A stretch of 64,000 bases of DNA, taken from positions 35,156,202 through 35,220,201 of the forward strand of contig NC_057741.1 in assembly GCF_004010195.1 (NCBI RefSeq), given 5' to 3'. This document shows positions 63,836 to 64,000 of this stretch, in pieces. The notes beneath the pieces were generated by a model, which saw only the letters and a list, made by a program, of their open reading frames with translations, was not told where the DNA came from and searched no databases. The DNA comes from Chiloscyllium plagiosum. Its lineage: Eukaryota. Made by a program: the position numbers and the translations under genes. How positions within the stretch are numbered: the stretch's first letter is position 1; every line of letters begins with the position of its first letter.

Positions 63836-64000
63836 GGATGGGTCACTCAGTTTTTTATTTGGCTCCCTCTATAAGATGTTTGTTTCCCTCTTGCAAGGCA
63901 ACTTTCCATCTGTTTTTGTATCATCTGCAACTTTGACTAGAGTACATTCCATTCCTTCCTTCAAGTCATTAATATATATAGTAAACAGTTGTGGTCTCAG

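Overview
Vertebrate genomic DNA, most likely a shark or other elasmobranch (inferred from HE1-type SINEs, CR1/HER1-type LINEs and the gene content). Two genes converge. On +, the last 8 coding exons of SMARCAD1 (328-24457) splice in frame with GT-AG introns. On -, a complete 5-coding-exon HPGDS / sigma-class GST (44036-31802, 199 aa). Most of the remainder is transposon-derived: CR1-like LINE fragments, several tRNA-derived SINE families, MITEs and at least three Penelope-like element (PLE) families. The most striking unannotated signal is a set of short fold-back PLE-terminus insertions with 10-17-bp target-site duplications (TSDs), many carrying minimal hammerhead-ribozyme cores (CUGANGA-stem II-GAAAC-GUH). 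The cleanest is at 53847-53886, inside a perfect 93-bp inverted repeat. Other points: substitutions in HPGDS at metal-site and G-site positions, a candidate HPGDS promoter/first exon, and an old local duplication near 58-61.5 kb. Repeat boundaries were read by eye and are approximate.
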